Assembly: GCF_000150275.1 (NCBI RefSeq)
Contig: NW_002060962.1
Coordinates: 1-64,000, forward strand
Source of the DNA: Trichoplax adhaerens
Lineage: Eukaryota > Animalia > Placozoa
Reading direction: 5' to 3'
Length of the DNA stretch: 64,000 nucleotides
Below the pieces are notes generated by a model. That model saw nothing but the letters and a program-made list of their open reading frames with translations, made no database searches and was not told the DNA's origin. Below are positions 38,601 to 54,824 of the stretch, in pieces; position 1 is the first letter of the stretch, and every line of letters starts with the position of its first letter. The position numbers were made by a program, and so were the translations under genes.

Positions 38601-41324
38601 CAGACTAAATACAGCAAATTTAATGTATGAGTATTGCAAGTAAAAGATTTAATCACACGGTCGATCCTAATTAACTATTATGCTTTTAATATCAGTATAT
38701 AGTAGAAACTGCAGAATTGCTAAATTAAATTATATTGGCTAACAAAATGAAAGATTAGAAACAATTTTTAACTTAATTAATATGTGAGATTATTGTATAC
38801 CAGCTATATTCTATGCTACTTAAGCAATCTATTAGGTGTGATTCAAAGTATCTGTAGTGACTTTCTCTTAAGATAGGTACTCTCTACCTTCGATAATCTA
38901 ATCATTTTCTACCATACTGGAATTGATATTACATTATGAGTCTCTCGGTTGTAGAGAATGCGAACAATCTGAAGTAGAAAGTCGATTATCTCAATTTTTG
39001 ATCAATCATAATTTATTATTAATGATCTATTGATTACAAGGCCAATTTCTGGGAAGACAGGAAATTTTTAGATAATCGGTCTAAATTTTAATGATTTTAC
39101 TATATCTATTGAGTAGAAAGGCTTCTTGCTTTCACTTCATTCATCAACTGCTTAACATTTCAAGTATTGAAATGTATAGTCTAGCATTCTAAACTTTATC
39201 AGTATACATTCATAAGAATATTATAATAATTATAATCCGATCTTTATACTAAGAGTAACCTCAAAAAGCATCAGGATTGAAATAAATTTAGGAGATAATA
39301 TTGGCTTTATTTTGCGTATTTATATATGGCATTTTTAAATTGAGAGCTTGATTATTAATACATGTAATTTAGTATTGATGATTACTGTTAAGACATGATT
39401 TGCTAAATTTACGTATGGGTTGAATCTTTATCGCTAAGATGGTGCGAATGGAGTAGGCATCTTATTTAATTATTAAGTCAAGAGAAAAACCCTTATACTG
39501 CATACATCACACGTAGTGAAGGATGAGCACATAGATGCGCTTTTGCTAGAACATAACTGATATACGAAAGTTCAGAAAATATTTATACGTTAATGCAAGT
39601 AAAAGAATTACAACGTTTTAAACATTTGTTAGTGAAGGGCGCGAAGTGTTTGCTATCCATCTACCCTAACCCTTAACTGGTATAAATTTAATAGGCATTT
39701 ACTTGGATATTACAATAAAGAAACCTTTTTTGGCTCATACTATAGAATAACTGCTAGCAATTTTGTATTATATAATCGCTAGGATAATGAAATTTGAGCG
39801 TATTCATATTAAATCATTAAGATAAAAATGAGAGAAGTCTATTCAAATGTAAAAGCTTAAATCTATTATTTTGTGCTAAGAATTAAATCGATATCTAGAA
39901 GGTGTACGGTATATTAGTCGTATTATATACTGAGTTCATCGTAAGACATAGGCCTTCATATATTTAATGAAAAAGATCCCCGTAGTTTTAGGTGATATTA
40001 TTTTAGGGACGACAAAATAGAGTAAAATATTAATAAGTCGTATGTATATTGGAAAAAATTCGTCCGTTTCATAGTACGTTGTTTAGATTTATTGTTGAAT
40101 CGATAGAAATAATCTAACACTTGATAGTTGCAACTGTATGATCAAGTACGCTTATGTTCATCGTATATCGACATCTTGATGTATATTAATTGAGGAAACA
40201 TAAAAAATTTTAGTCTAGAACAGGTAATACTTATTATCGTATTGATATGCTTATATGCAAAATTGTGGTGCCTTTAATGTTAACAACATTATGTTTTCAT
40301 TTTTGTTCAACTTCGCAAAACATCGATTTTATAAAGTTGGATGCTAGTATCATTGTGTAAGCGAAATTTTACTGTTTGCTAGTTGCTCATAATTATAATA
40401 TTGTCATCGTAACTTTATTCTTCATGATGACTTTGCTGTCAATTTTTACTCAATCTATCGGTATGGATAAATAATTGATAAATAGCAATAATGCAAAACA
40501 TACTCAAATTGTAAAATCGATTTAATCATGCAAGTATTTATCTTTTACTATATGCTAGCTATCTCATAATGGTGAACAGTCTGTTATAAAAATTGAACAA
40601 TTTGATATTAGAAATGCCTTTATTGCTGTATTACAATCAATGGCCATATTTGATCTTCTTTAATATCATAAATAGGAGCTATCATTCAAGAATTAATTAT
40701 GCATATTTTATAATTATAATATCAAAGTATTATTGATTCCTAACTTTATTATCTTTTTTCTGACATGATAATAGTATTATATACATTAAATCTTCTGAAT
40801 GATAGTTTACAGTTGTTATGCTATCAATAGAATAACTTTAATTCCTTTGATCTTTTGTACTAGCCTGCTAATGTTATACTCTCTTTCTATACATATTTAC
40901 TTTAATAATAGCCATCTTTAACAAATGACTAGTTACCTTTCTTTAAGTTACTTTGTTATTTGTCTCCTATAATAGCAACAAAAGACTATTGAAGGGATAA
41001 ATACTTGAAATTTTTTCGCTGGATGGCTTAAATTTTGGAATGTTACCTGTACTTTTCCTTTTATATTAGAGTTGATAAATGAGGGGATAAGAATCTTTAT
41101 CTATTTTTTTACGCACATCTGCCGAAAATGTATTTCCCTGATGGCTGTTGTAAAGCTAAATAAAGAACTGCTGTCTTGATCATAGGCAGAATTATGATAT
41201 ACGCATATATACGTACAGTATATTGACCACTGAGATGGATACATTGTTGTGATCATATACGTGTACATCATTCAGATTCTTGTTTTCCTAGATTCTTGCA
41301 TACAATTTTAATGAAACATCTATT

Positions 41325-41745
41325 ATCTTAATTAGTGACCGATTTTATATAGTATTGATAGTACCATACCGGATGCTTCTAATTTAAAATCAACTGATGG
41401 TCATAAAGGAAATAGGTTCACGTAATGAAAATCGACAGTCTTAGTAATCAGTTTTACATGATATTGATAGTTCCTTCCTAGATCATTCTTTTACTTCTTA
41501 TTCTTATCAATTCGCCATAAAAAGGAATATTAACTCGTAGCAAAAAGTAGCCATCTTTAATGATTGGTTTTATTCATATTAATAGTATTGTAGCAGATAC
41601 TTCGTACTTAAGTCAACTGATCAAAAAGAAATACGTATACGAATTAAAAAGTAGGCCATCTTAACGATCAGTTTTATGTTATGTTGACAGCATTGTAGCC
41701 AATACTTTCAATTCAGCTGATGGCAATAAATGAAATAGGCACACG
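41325..41745. repeat. Old degenerate tandem repeat, period about 110-120 bp, about 4 copies
   Basis: Recurring elements GTTTTA...ATTGATAG, TCAACTGAT...GAAATA and AAAAAGTAG(G)CCATCTT. Confidence 0.65.
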
Positions 41746-44700
41746 TCCATATGTGGATATTAATTTAATCAAAACGATCATTACTCTACTTAGTAAATAT
41801 GTTTTTTAGCCTGTATGATCACTCGCATCTTTCTTGTCCTAGTTTACTATGATCATTTTAAGTAATGCTAATCATGGATTATTTTTTTCATTTGGTTAGT
41901 AATTTTTTGATTATTTTTAAATAATATGGCATACTGGCTTTTCAGGTAAAAATTATGAAACAATTAATATATGAGCACAAGATTGCATATACATGTTTAT
42001 ATATTAATTATTATCGATGAAGAAGTTAAAAAGTAATACGAAATCTATCCTATAAATGGACAATTTTTTTATCTCTTTTTGTACTATTTTACAGGATAGG
42101 TCTAGTTCACTTGAAGGGACAGTAATTAAGGCTTTTAGACAAAAATTTTTTAGGACGTGTATTCTGATGACAAGTTGACACAAAAGTAGATTGAACTATT
42201 TTAATGTCAGTTAGCTGTAAAAGTAAATAATATCGATGGTCTAAAAACTGCAATCTAGCTTAATATCTTTGATATTTAACTGTAATACAAATGTATCAAA
42301 TAATTATCCCTTAAAGACAAGGGTAAACCGTAGGTTATCATAGCTTGTAAATAATCTCCTTATGTTGTACAGTACATTAATTTTCTCTGTTAACAGATAT
42401 AAACAATGTATCGTTATGATTAAAGCACTAATATTATAAATAACTCTATTTCACTATAAATACATTTGGATATTAGTGATAATATCAATTTACAATAGAT
42501 ATTTGTCTCGATTAGTTGTATTTTGATGATCAGTTCGCAAATTTATTAAGATTCTATTTTCCTATTGATTAAAAATAGAAAATAAATAAACTGAATAGAC
42601 TTAGTTTCTATTATAATGAGAGGAGGAAAGAACGAATGATATGATGAAAATTGCATAGGGGAATAATTTACTTTCCAATGCAAACAAGGAATTGGATTAA
42701 ATGCCTTCTGGCAAAAATTCACACTCATTATCCTAACACTTTATATTATTCATGTGTATAATCTAGATACCTATTGTATCGCTCCTTAATTAATTCCTTA
42801 TTACTGATTTGCAATAGGTAAAACCTTGTCTTGGTAGTGTTTATTGTTCAGTTGATAGACATCTTTTATGTGTGTGAAAATGACGGCTGAATGATTTTGA
42901 GCACCGGTCTAGTTTCACATTGGATTGCCTTAGTGAAAATATCTGACAGAAACGGTGTGGAATGTTTACGGATTCAGCTAATTATTTTTCAACTTTTATA
43001 CAGGAAGATATGATTGAAAGCACCTACCACCTGCTTGATTACATTATCAATCTCTACTGTCTTGAGATGATTCACTAACCACATCATTATGTCAAAATAT
43101 AATACCTAATGAATAAATATATAAAAAATGAAATATGTGTAACTAAATAAAGACGCATGTTGTTTTGCTTGACATACGAGTATTCAATAATTACACTCAT
43201 AGGTGCCTATTAATCGTCATTATCATTTTGTAGCTTTATCGATTTTCTACTATATTTTATTTAATAAAATTTTAAAGCAATGAGAATCATATTGATAAAT
43301 TACGTGATTTATTATTAAAGTTTCCTTTTTATTTTAAAGGTATGATACGACCACATTCATATAACTCACTAATTTGTCTTCAACTAACAGATTCGATGGT
43401 AAAATATTAATGTGATATTTGTAGCATCATTTTGATTCATAATCACACATTATATATCAATGATTAATTATACGCATGAAAAATACCTTTAAAGAGCCAT
43501 TGGATTATGACTATTCTGATATAGCTATTGAAAAGTTCTATAAATATTATTTATTTACTTGTGCTTATTCACTTTAAATTTTCTATCTCTGTTAATTTTT
43601 TAATGGACAGTTCAGTTTATCTAATCGAAATGTAATTATAGTTTTAATCTATCTGCAGTTAGAGATTGTACCAACTATAAAGTGAAAGCTTACCAATAAA
43701 TTCGATACTATATATACACCATTATGATTTGATACGCTTTACAACTACTGTGCTTCATTGTCGTAAGATTATAACAGAAATATCATTTGCTTGGATGCAA
43801 TATTACTCTTATAAGTATTAGATTATCTCGTATTGTTATTTTGTTTTTGATAAGAACATGTTGACCAAAATATTAGTATTTATAATGAGTTTAGATTACT
43901 ATTCAATATGAAGGTTTTCTATTTAATTATACATATGGAAATGGTTCACTAAAACATGTTACGTAGTTCTAGTATAGCTTTTTACGGCTTTCCTAAGGCC
44001 CTTCATTCTAATAAATTAGAATCATCAAAAGGGAAATTCACTGACCTGATCAGCTTAATGAAACAAGGTTTTTCTTCCTCTTCGCATAACGTTTTAGATG
44101 AATTGCGATATGTCAGTGTAAAATAATTATGCATGCTGTTGTCTCTTTCACTTGATTTAGCTAATTAAAAAAATAGGTGAAAGAACTTATTTTATTTCTA
44201 TGTTTTACATAACAAGGTTACCCAAGATATAATCTCTTTAATTGAAGGCTCAGATTCTAAAGAAACCGCCCGTTACTAAATCGATCTGCTATTTATTAAC
44301 TTCTTATTAAGGATATTCCCTGAGAGGTGATTGCTGTATCACATAAATACTTTGATCCTCCGTAGAAACAGTAATTTACAACGTACAAAATTAGTAATAC
44401 CAAAAATATTATACAGTATTGTTTGTGTATATTGTCCTTACACCCTACAATTACTATTTGATGTTTTATTAGGTAATGGTTGCTGAATAAATCAGTAGTT
44501 GTATATCAGCAACGTCTAGTGTATTCATATAGCACACATCGCAAAGCAGTAACTTCTTAATCTCGTAATCATGGTAATAATAATTTACAGCAAGTAAATC
44601 TCAAATTCTTTTTGCACTTATGTTGCGACTGCCCTACAGTCTCTGTAAGGAAATCTCAATTTAAGCAATTGAAAGCTTTGCGAAAATTTGTTGAAATAAT

Positions 44701-46430
44701 GTCTTAAATATCGTAATTCTCGTCTAATATACAGCTACAAGTACAAGACTTTATTAATTCCACTGGTGAAAATTAGTTATGTCACAATTTGAGATCCTAT
44801 TAATAGAAGATATAAAAATCTACAGCTTAGCTAGCTTGAATAACCTGTGATAGAAACTACCTTGAGTAATTTTGGTAATCTCAGACACTTGCTTAATTTT
44901 GCTCATATTCCTACAGCAAATGGATTTATGAAATCAATGATAACTAATAGAAATCATATTTAGATTTTTTAAAGCATCGATACCAAATCAATTCTAAGTA
45001 TAAACGTTCTGAATTTGGTAGTTTGTCTACATGTGTATATATATTACTGCTAAGAATGAATATCGACAGTAAAACGTAATCAAAGGATGGTTTTAGTAAT
45101 AATAGGAATGAAATAGGACCTACTAATTAGATATAATGTATGGTGATAGTATATGGCCTATTAGTAAACATTAGATATATCGATTTTATGGTTATACGAT
45201 TGTATTCAATGACTAACTATTTCGAAACAATCGGTAAATTCTATAATTTCTCCTTTTTTGGCAGTAAATTAGTTTCTTTAGCTTAGCTGTATTAAGATTG
45301 TAATAATACCTATGTTATATATTATTAAACGTATTGGAGGATAGCATGAACAGGAACACAAATATACTGTATTACTACCGTTCAAATGCACAATTTAAGA
45401 AATTTTACATTGAACATTGTCCATTCCATTCGTGGAGCTGATGTTATCACTTAATACCAGCCTAAAAGGTACTTAATATTGGGAGTCAGCTATGTTTATG
45501 AGTCATTTTTTTACTTGCGAAGAGAATTTTTGTTATATAATGGTCAGTTGACGTTACTGAATATATTGGAATTTACCGTAAATGTATACGCATGAAGCTA
45601 CATTTTAAGACGGCACTAATAGGCAGAATTGGTATCATCTAGTAGTATACAATACTAAGAGTGTCTAATGCAGTAATAAGAATCATTGTTGTATTTAAGT
45701 TTACCCTAAACGTGATTCAAATGAAGTAGTAGTCTATTAGATGGTCAAAGTGCTAAGTATAAACTCGTATGCACAGAGCAAGTTAAACAAGATCGGTAAT
45801 ATACATATATCAATTTATCAACATCAAGGAAACATCAATATCTGGTTTATAACCGGGTAGCTTTATCATTTACATTAACAACCGCATTACATAGGCAGTG
45901 AAATTTCTTATCGTAAAACATTGCATTAAGTCGACAAAATGAATATCTCCATATAAACTCGAAAAGCCTAGAATAATGCCTGCACATATACCAATTAACT
46001 GATAACTTTAGGATCTATTCCCTAAATCTAGCCTAGCTGTTACCGTTTTGTAATTGATGGCAAGAAATGATAAACTGATAAACGTTCATATAACATAAGA
46101 TGAGATCCATTACTTATCTTACATGGTTTTGGCGAGCATCATCAAAACATTTATTTAAGATTATTTTGTAATCTCCGTTACTGTACAGAATAGCAATTAT
46201 ATTAGGAAATGAGATCATTTAAATTTATAAGATCAATACAGTAAAACGGTGGCAGTAACATACAGACAAGTATTATTCACACCTGTTCACTCTATAAGAG
46301 ATACAGTAATACATGGAAAAGTGCGGTGCGTTGCAAACATTATTTAACAATAATAATACTATTATTTACAGAGCCGTGTTGATTAGATTATAAAAAAAAT
46401 GTGTTTTTAATGTAATTAATTGATATTATA

Positions 46431-47780
46431 TCAAGTCTTTAATTCAGAAAAGTCATCTGATAAATGTTTCATCTTTTCGTTATATTCATTATCGACTTTT
46501 TGGCATTTTTCATTCATTTCTCTCATAAATTCATCCCATTCTGCAGCAAACTCGTCCGCTACACTTTCACTTCGTGGCCTGGTCTATTAGTTAATGTAAA
46601 ATATTGATACCAAATTAGAGGTTGATAAATCGGTGTTATGAGCTAAGCTAGGTATTATATCAAGCTAAGTTAGCAAACCTCTGTTACTTCTTCACTCGAA
46701 TCTTTCTTTATCATTTCTGATAAGTTTTGTGTTAAATCATTTACTGTCGTAGATAAATTTGATATACTGTAAGGTTACTTTACTGTTAGTACAAATGACA
46801 AAACTATTTACGACGTCCAAGTGTACAGTACATAGTTAGGTTTTTCATGATAAGAAATGTGATTAAGGCATGATATTGTAGGTCTACATAATGTAGACAT
46901 ATAGGTTGTTCTAGTAACATACTAGGTATACATCAGCTACCACATTTTCTTACAAAGGTATATCTTAAATATTTGAAGATTGTTCTTACTCTTTTCAGCT
47001 GCGCTCTCAATTTGATGTTGAAGATATTGCACGCATTCAGGGTGTAATTGGATTTGAACATGCCTAGTTTTCTCGTGGCATTTATTGAGCAGCATTAGTT
47101 CACGATCGTTGCGTTTTATCTAAAGTTGAAATAAACATTCAATTCTCGATAGTGATTTTATGCAGGATTCTTTTACGTTCAACGTTAATACGTAGGATGA
47201 AGAATAATGATGGTTTGAGTGTCATTTACCACATGCCAAGATATGTGTATATCAAAAATAATATTATTTCTCCCTATTTCACTGTAGCTCCTATGCTACA
47301 AGCATGAGATCAATACAGGCTGATGAATATAATTCTCATAGGATTTTATGGCAATTGTGTTTAATAATTTTACATTTTGGATAGGCTAGTGCTTACTACG
47401 TCAACCACTGTAGTATATTGGCTAATTTCTAGTTGTATCTATATTATAAAGTTTACTAGTCATTCAAATTGAAAGATTGACTTGCATTTCTCTACCTCAA
47501 GCTCTTTGATTAGATGGTTTACTTCACCATGAATTGCTGCTCGGTGATCGAAGAGTCTGGCATAGATTGCCGAGGTGTCTACACAGTGAATAAGTTTCAT
47601 TTAGACGAATTATGTTGACAGTATTAGAACATTTATAGCATTAAAACTGTAGCTTTCCTTATCTATGCTATAGAGTAAGTATTCACTGTACTTGTATCAG
47701 TATGTACGCGCACGTATTATAGTACTATGCAAGGACGCATCTCTGAACATTTTACCTTTAAAAACTTGCTCCGCACTCAT
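46431..47780 (-). CDS. BLOC1S5: BLOC-1 subunit 5 (MUTED)
   Basis: Exons 47780-47756, 47578-47496 (IYARLFDHRAAIHGEVNHLIKELE), 47119-46990 (IKRNDRE...), 46766-46679, 46583-46431 (EWDEFMREMNEKCQKVDNEY). These match recalled human IHSRLLDHRPVIQGE...EKRGLRE and WDNFMKE. Exons 3 and 4 are out of phase as assembled (see findings). Confidence 0.88.
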
Positions 47781-48769
47781 AGTTATTTTGGGGGTAGCCG
47801 GTAAAAGTTTGACTGTTTTCTATACACGCAAGAATGATGTCTAAATTCCTTGAAAGTAGGTAAGTTGCCAACGTGGTGCAGAGATTGCCACGAAAGCTGC
47901 CGATGTAAATGGTAGAATACGCATAGTGAGCGATTGTACTTAATAGTAAGTAGTCAAGATGACAAGTTATGAGAAATTAGGTAGTGATAGAATGGCAGTG
48001 GACTACCGTAAAACTATACATATCTATACATCTAAAATAATAACATCCAACTTTTAGCTTGATTGCTACGTTCCGCGATCGTATGAATGTATCTTAACAA
48101 TCAAGCCATTTAAAAAGTAGAACATTGCTGGGATCTTCTGTATCATTATACCGTATATTATAATGATAAGCGTACAATATACATCAATAATAAAGAAACC
48201 GGATTAAGAAGACTAATGTAAGCGTAGCGAGTAGGCCACCAACTAGTAATATACACATATAATTTAGCATTCATAAGCATAACAGGTCAGATCAATACAG
48301 CCAATTAAATAGGCATGGTATAGTATCGTATACGCGTATGTATCATTCTAGGCGTTCATTTCAGTTCAAAAAGTATAGAATCATCCACATTGGCTTCCAA
48401 GCGAGCGGGCTGTAGGCTAGTCCTGATGAAGTGATTAAAACTTACAGTAGATTAAGTAATACTCAATCTATTTCGATTGTAATCAACTGTAAACTGTTAA
48501 TTAATCCATTATAATTATCAACAACAGTACAAGTACATCCGAATCAATAGTCATCTAGCATTGAAGTCATTGACAGTAATGTCGCAAGTAAGTTGGAAAA
48601 TTACACAAGTACTCTGCTGTCATGATTGCTTCCAACCTGCAAAGAGGCTGCAAGATTGCAGTTGAAACTGGTGAGTAAAACGAATCAATCAATAAGCAAG
48701 TCTTGAATTAGTCTGCTACGCGTCCCATTTCACAAGTTCTATTACAGCAATGTTGCAAAACCTGCAAGA

Positions 48770-48885
48770 CAAGATGGCCGCCTAGGGAAGCTTTAGCCGT
48801 CGCTTTCTGCGATCAATATACACTACAGTACTGTACTGTATGACAGCACTGCCACTACAGTACAGTATAAACTAGTATAAACTGT
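48770..48885. promoter_or_regulatory. Putative promoter region with a YY1-like site and a TACAGTA array
   Basis: CAAGATGGCCGCC at 48770-48782 resembles the YY1 consensus; an ACTACAGTACTGTACTGTA cluster follows; the region lies between the divergent BLOC1S5 and ADAT2 genes. Confidence 0.4.
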
Positions 48886-49245
48886 TGTGTAATCCGGCCA
48901 AGTTCTGTCTGATTCTTGGATATTTTACGGCCACTTTCCATATGTTCTGTTAATAGAGTACACCTGTTGATGGTTTACTTCGAACCATCACGTACAACTT
49001 TCCATCAAAAATATTCACTATTTTTCATTATAATCTTCTAATTTGATCGAAATACGCAATTACTATCCTCCATTTCATCAAAGCATCGCGCATATTTTGG
49101 CCATTAACTTCCACCATTCGATGCTTTCCCTACAGTGTACAGTGTACAGTACATTGTATAGTACTGTACTGTACGTTCTGAGCACCGATCAGGTAGTGTA
49201 CAGACAGCCAGAAGGACTAAGCAACATTTCAATTTCCCTTGATGA

Positions 49246-50016
49246 AAGAAGTTGCACAGAGCTGAACTTGGAAACTTAGAGAAGGTTTTTGAATCTTTGG
49301 TTCATATGCTTTTCTATATTGGCCATTTCCCAAGAAAAGACCGAAAATAGACCTATACTAGAGGTCTTATAGGGTAAGGAATAGATTTTTTTACTCTGTT
49401 ATCAAGAAAAAATACCTAGTTTACATAACGTCAGCGACACTTGAGTAAGACAACATGGCACGTATCATATTTATACAGTACTATTTGGAGGTGTTGCATC
49501 CTGATAGCTATAATTTCTAGTATGACTGCTGACTTCTATCTCAGCTATGGATCAGTTGTAATCGTTCAAGACAACTTACATGCTACTCTACAACAACTGG
49601 TGCATTCTTACGTTGATTGTAAGCTGCAATAAATGATGATAAAATTCTGGTATAAAATCTCATCCGTTTTATTTGGGAGAAGATGATTGCAGCATGACCA
49701 TACTGATACGAGCAGTTGTAGATCCCAATTATCAAACAATTGCAAGATTTGCACAAGATGCTGGGCAGTATACTGTATAGCTAAAGATGGGCAGATAATA
49801 CTTGATTTCTCTTCTACAGTAGGCGATTACAATTTCTTAGAAAAGATCGTAAATGAGAAAGGTTATGCGTTACATCAGATAGCAAAACATGTTGTTCAAG
49901 ATGAATATGTGATAAAGTGCGCACATGAGTTATATGCATCTTCGGCCGGTAAAGACACTGACTATGTAGTAGCCAGTGCGGATGCAACAACCCGCCAAGT
50001 GTTTCTCTCCTCTTAA
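49246..50016 (+). pseudogene. Spliced orphan reading frame with an in-frame TAG, or a small orphan gene of about 98 aa from ATG 49522
   Basis: Segments 49246-49373, 49545 (or 49521)-49618 and 49820-50016 join in phase through GTAAG donors and pyrimidine-rich AG acceptors; TAG at 49348-49350. No family recognised. Confidence 0.4.
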
Positions 50017-50911
50017 GATATTTCAAGAATCAAGATTGATTCAGGGACTTCTCCTCTTAAAAGTCTCTAATTAATCCATATCGACTTTTTTCAAGAATCA
50101 ATATTGATCCATACCAGTTTTATGCATGTTCACTTTAAGTTCTTTTCTGCACCTAGATTTCAGACTACCTTATGTTGAGCGGGAAATAGGTTAAAGTAAT
50201 TTAAAGCAAATATATTCCTTTAATGTATTATCAAAATTAGTAACTCCTGATACGTATTATTAAATTTTTCAACTTATACATGCTTAGATTGGAGGTAAAG
50301 TATTGGCAAAGAATAAAAACAAATTTAAAACATTCTCGTCAATTTTTTTATTGGAAATCATTCAAGAGTCATTCAAAAAGTCATATTAATATTAAACTCA
50401 AACTACTGTACGTTTGATGACATTGAGTTTCGGAGTATACTAAACTACAGACTGCTAAAAGAAAGAGGGATATAAAACTCGTTGACTGAACAGGTATTTG
50501 GGAGGCTTAGTAAATAATTAGAATTAATTAATTATATACGGACACATGAGGCCTAATAAACAGTTACATAGTCTGCAAGTTTAGTGTAAAATGCTCGGAA
50601 GCGGATGATGTAGTATCGTTTTTGTAGAAGGTTGTACTTTACTCTGAGCAATGATATACTTTTTAATACAGATAGCAATCTGAATTTTAAGCTCTGTGAT
50701 CTGATCTCAGTCTATTGTAGAAATTTTATTATCCAACATGTGCTATACTGAGTTAGTACTCGTTTAATATATTCCTACATATACCTATAAGTATATTATA
50801 TACTATATACGTAGCTAACTGTCGAATAAATAAATGCTACTCTTTAGATTATCAACAACGAAATGTGCTATCCCATGACGAAGATACACATTGAACTATT
50901 TTATATAACTG

Positions 50912-52994
<2,083 letters not shown>

Positions 52995-53987
52995 TAACGA
53001 TACTCAAAATATCAAGTGCCGCCGAAGTTATCCTCTTACCCTAGCCGCTTATATTTTTAAAGGCTAATCATAATTTTGACTAGACCAAGGTCATCTGCAA
53101 GATTTTATGATGAGACTTTAACATATAAATATTATATATATATATATAATAAATCTAAAGTTTGTCAATTCTAATAAAATTCCATTCACCAGAAGCCATA
53201 AATGACAACTTAATGTGTTAATAGTTTGAAAATACGTTGAAAGTGTAGCGCAAGATGCGTTAAATTCGAGTCTAACATTATTCATTAATTCTACATACTG
53301 GTCAGCTTAAGTAGCGAAGCATTAACTTTCATTAAGATTCATATTACTAAGCGGAATCACCGGTGTTAATTTGGTAACGCATTTTAGAGAGTTGTTATCA
53401 AAATTTACCATTATAATACTTTAAAAAGCCACAAAATATAGCTGAAAATTAAGTTGTTTGGTATAGCTGTCAGTATGTATGGATGAATTAGACTGGGTCA
53501 ATTTTTATGCAAGCATGAATAAATATAAAAAAAGTAATGTTTACTGAAACACGAACTAGCTGTTGTGTCTGCATTACTAGTAGTCAACCGTGGATGTATT
53601 TTAGAAGTTAATGATATAACAGTCTGTATTCTGATGTAATCGTAGATCAGAAAGACAGTAAATTATATCGAACATATCAAGTATAGAGGAAAAGAGTAGT
53701 GCCTGTTGACTATTTACTATTTTGGTTCATGATATTCTGTTAGTCGAAACTGCAAGACTACAATGTAATTGATGTTGCTATACCCATAGAAATTAATATT
53801 AGTACACTGCAGTGGATGATGACAAATCAGAAATACAGTACAGCAATTCTATACTGACACAATGTACTTAGTCAAAGAATTACATAGACTATAAGTTAAT
53901 CTTATTAATAATAAGAATTGAAATTTTTGACAGTGAACTATAAGAATAGGTATAAATTGGCTACATAGTATAATAATAAAGATATCT

Positions 53988-54491
53988 TCAAGGTCGTTTA
54001 ATCGTAGGAGATTTAACATGTTTTGATGTACCAGATTTTCGAAAAACATTCGAGGCTGCCATTAGATTATCTATATATTGTCCTAAGACTTGATTTTCAG
54101 ATTTTAACTTTGCATTCTCTTCTTTAACATTGTCAACACGCTGTGATAAATCATCTAGAGTGTGCTGCAATTCTAGTACCTCAGCAATTAGTCGCAATTT
54201 ATCATCTTCTTCCTCCTTGTCCTGATTATCGCTCTTTTCTTGAATATCATCATCTTGAACATTGGTGTCTTGAACAACATCATCATCTTGAACATTGGTC
54301 TCTTGAACAACATCGTCACTAGTAGTAGTAGCATTATTGTCTCTATTATTAGGTGACGGTGTGTTATTTTCTTCATTGACAGCAACATGACTACTTGATA
54401 ATGGAACATCCTGAAGATCTTCCTGATTTATGTCATCACTAAAGGGATTCGTCGCATCATCGAAAACTTCTTCGTTCTCCATGTTTTGCAT
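53988..54491 (-). CDS. SCOC: Short coiled-coil protein, intronless CDS with a long acidic N-terminus
   Basis: [53 protein letters not shown] closely matches the recalled SCOC coiled coil; there is an internal 33-bp repeat (DDVVQ[E/D]TNVQD). Confidence 0.95.
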   Translation of the reverse strand: MQNMENEEVFDDATNPFSDDINQEDLQDVPLSSSHVAVNEENNTPSPNNRDNNATTTSDDVVQETNVQDDDVVQDTNVQDDDIQEKSDNQDKEEEDDKLRLIAEVLELQHTLDDLSQRVDNVKEENAKLKSENQVLGQYIDNLMAASNVFRKSGTSKHVKSPTIKRP

Positions 54492-54824
54492 TCAACTGGC
54501 GATCAGTTTTGGGCTAAAACATACGTACCTCAAGCGCAGGACCTTCTCAATGCAGCCTATAAGCATGCGCGAGCTTTCTCATACGATACAGTCAGTGCAA
54601 TGCGGTAAGGTAACTTGCAGACAACGGAACTATACTCTACCATCCAGTACTGCATAGCTACAGGTACACTATGACCATTTATGCTAGAACAGCAGACTTT
54701 ATGTGTGGATATCCACTATAGTGTTTTTTGAACGGGACTTGGCGGCTAAGTAAAAGCATTTAGGAACTATTTTAACCGGTTGCAGTTGGATTTTATTACT
54801 GATTGACGGTTAGTACTGAAAGTC

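Noticed and set aside
35606-42728. Short ORFs of 60-77 codons in the gene-poor region
   Set aside because: No recognisable motifs or consistent splice signals; their composition is that of AT-rich non-coding DNA.
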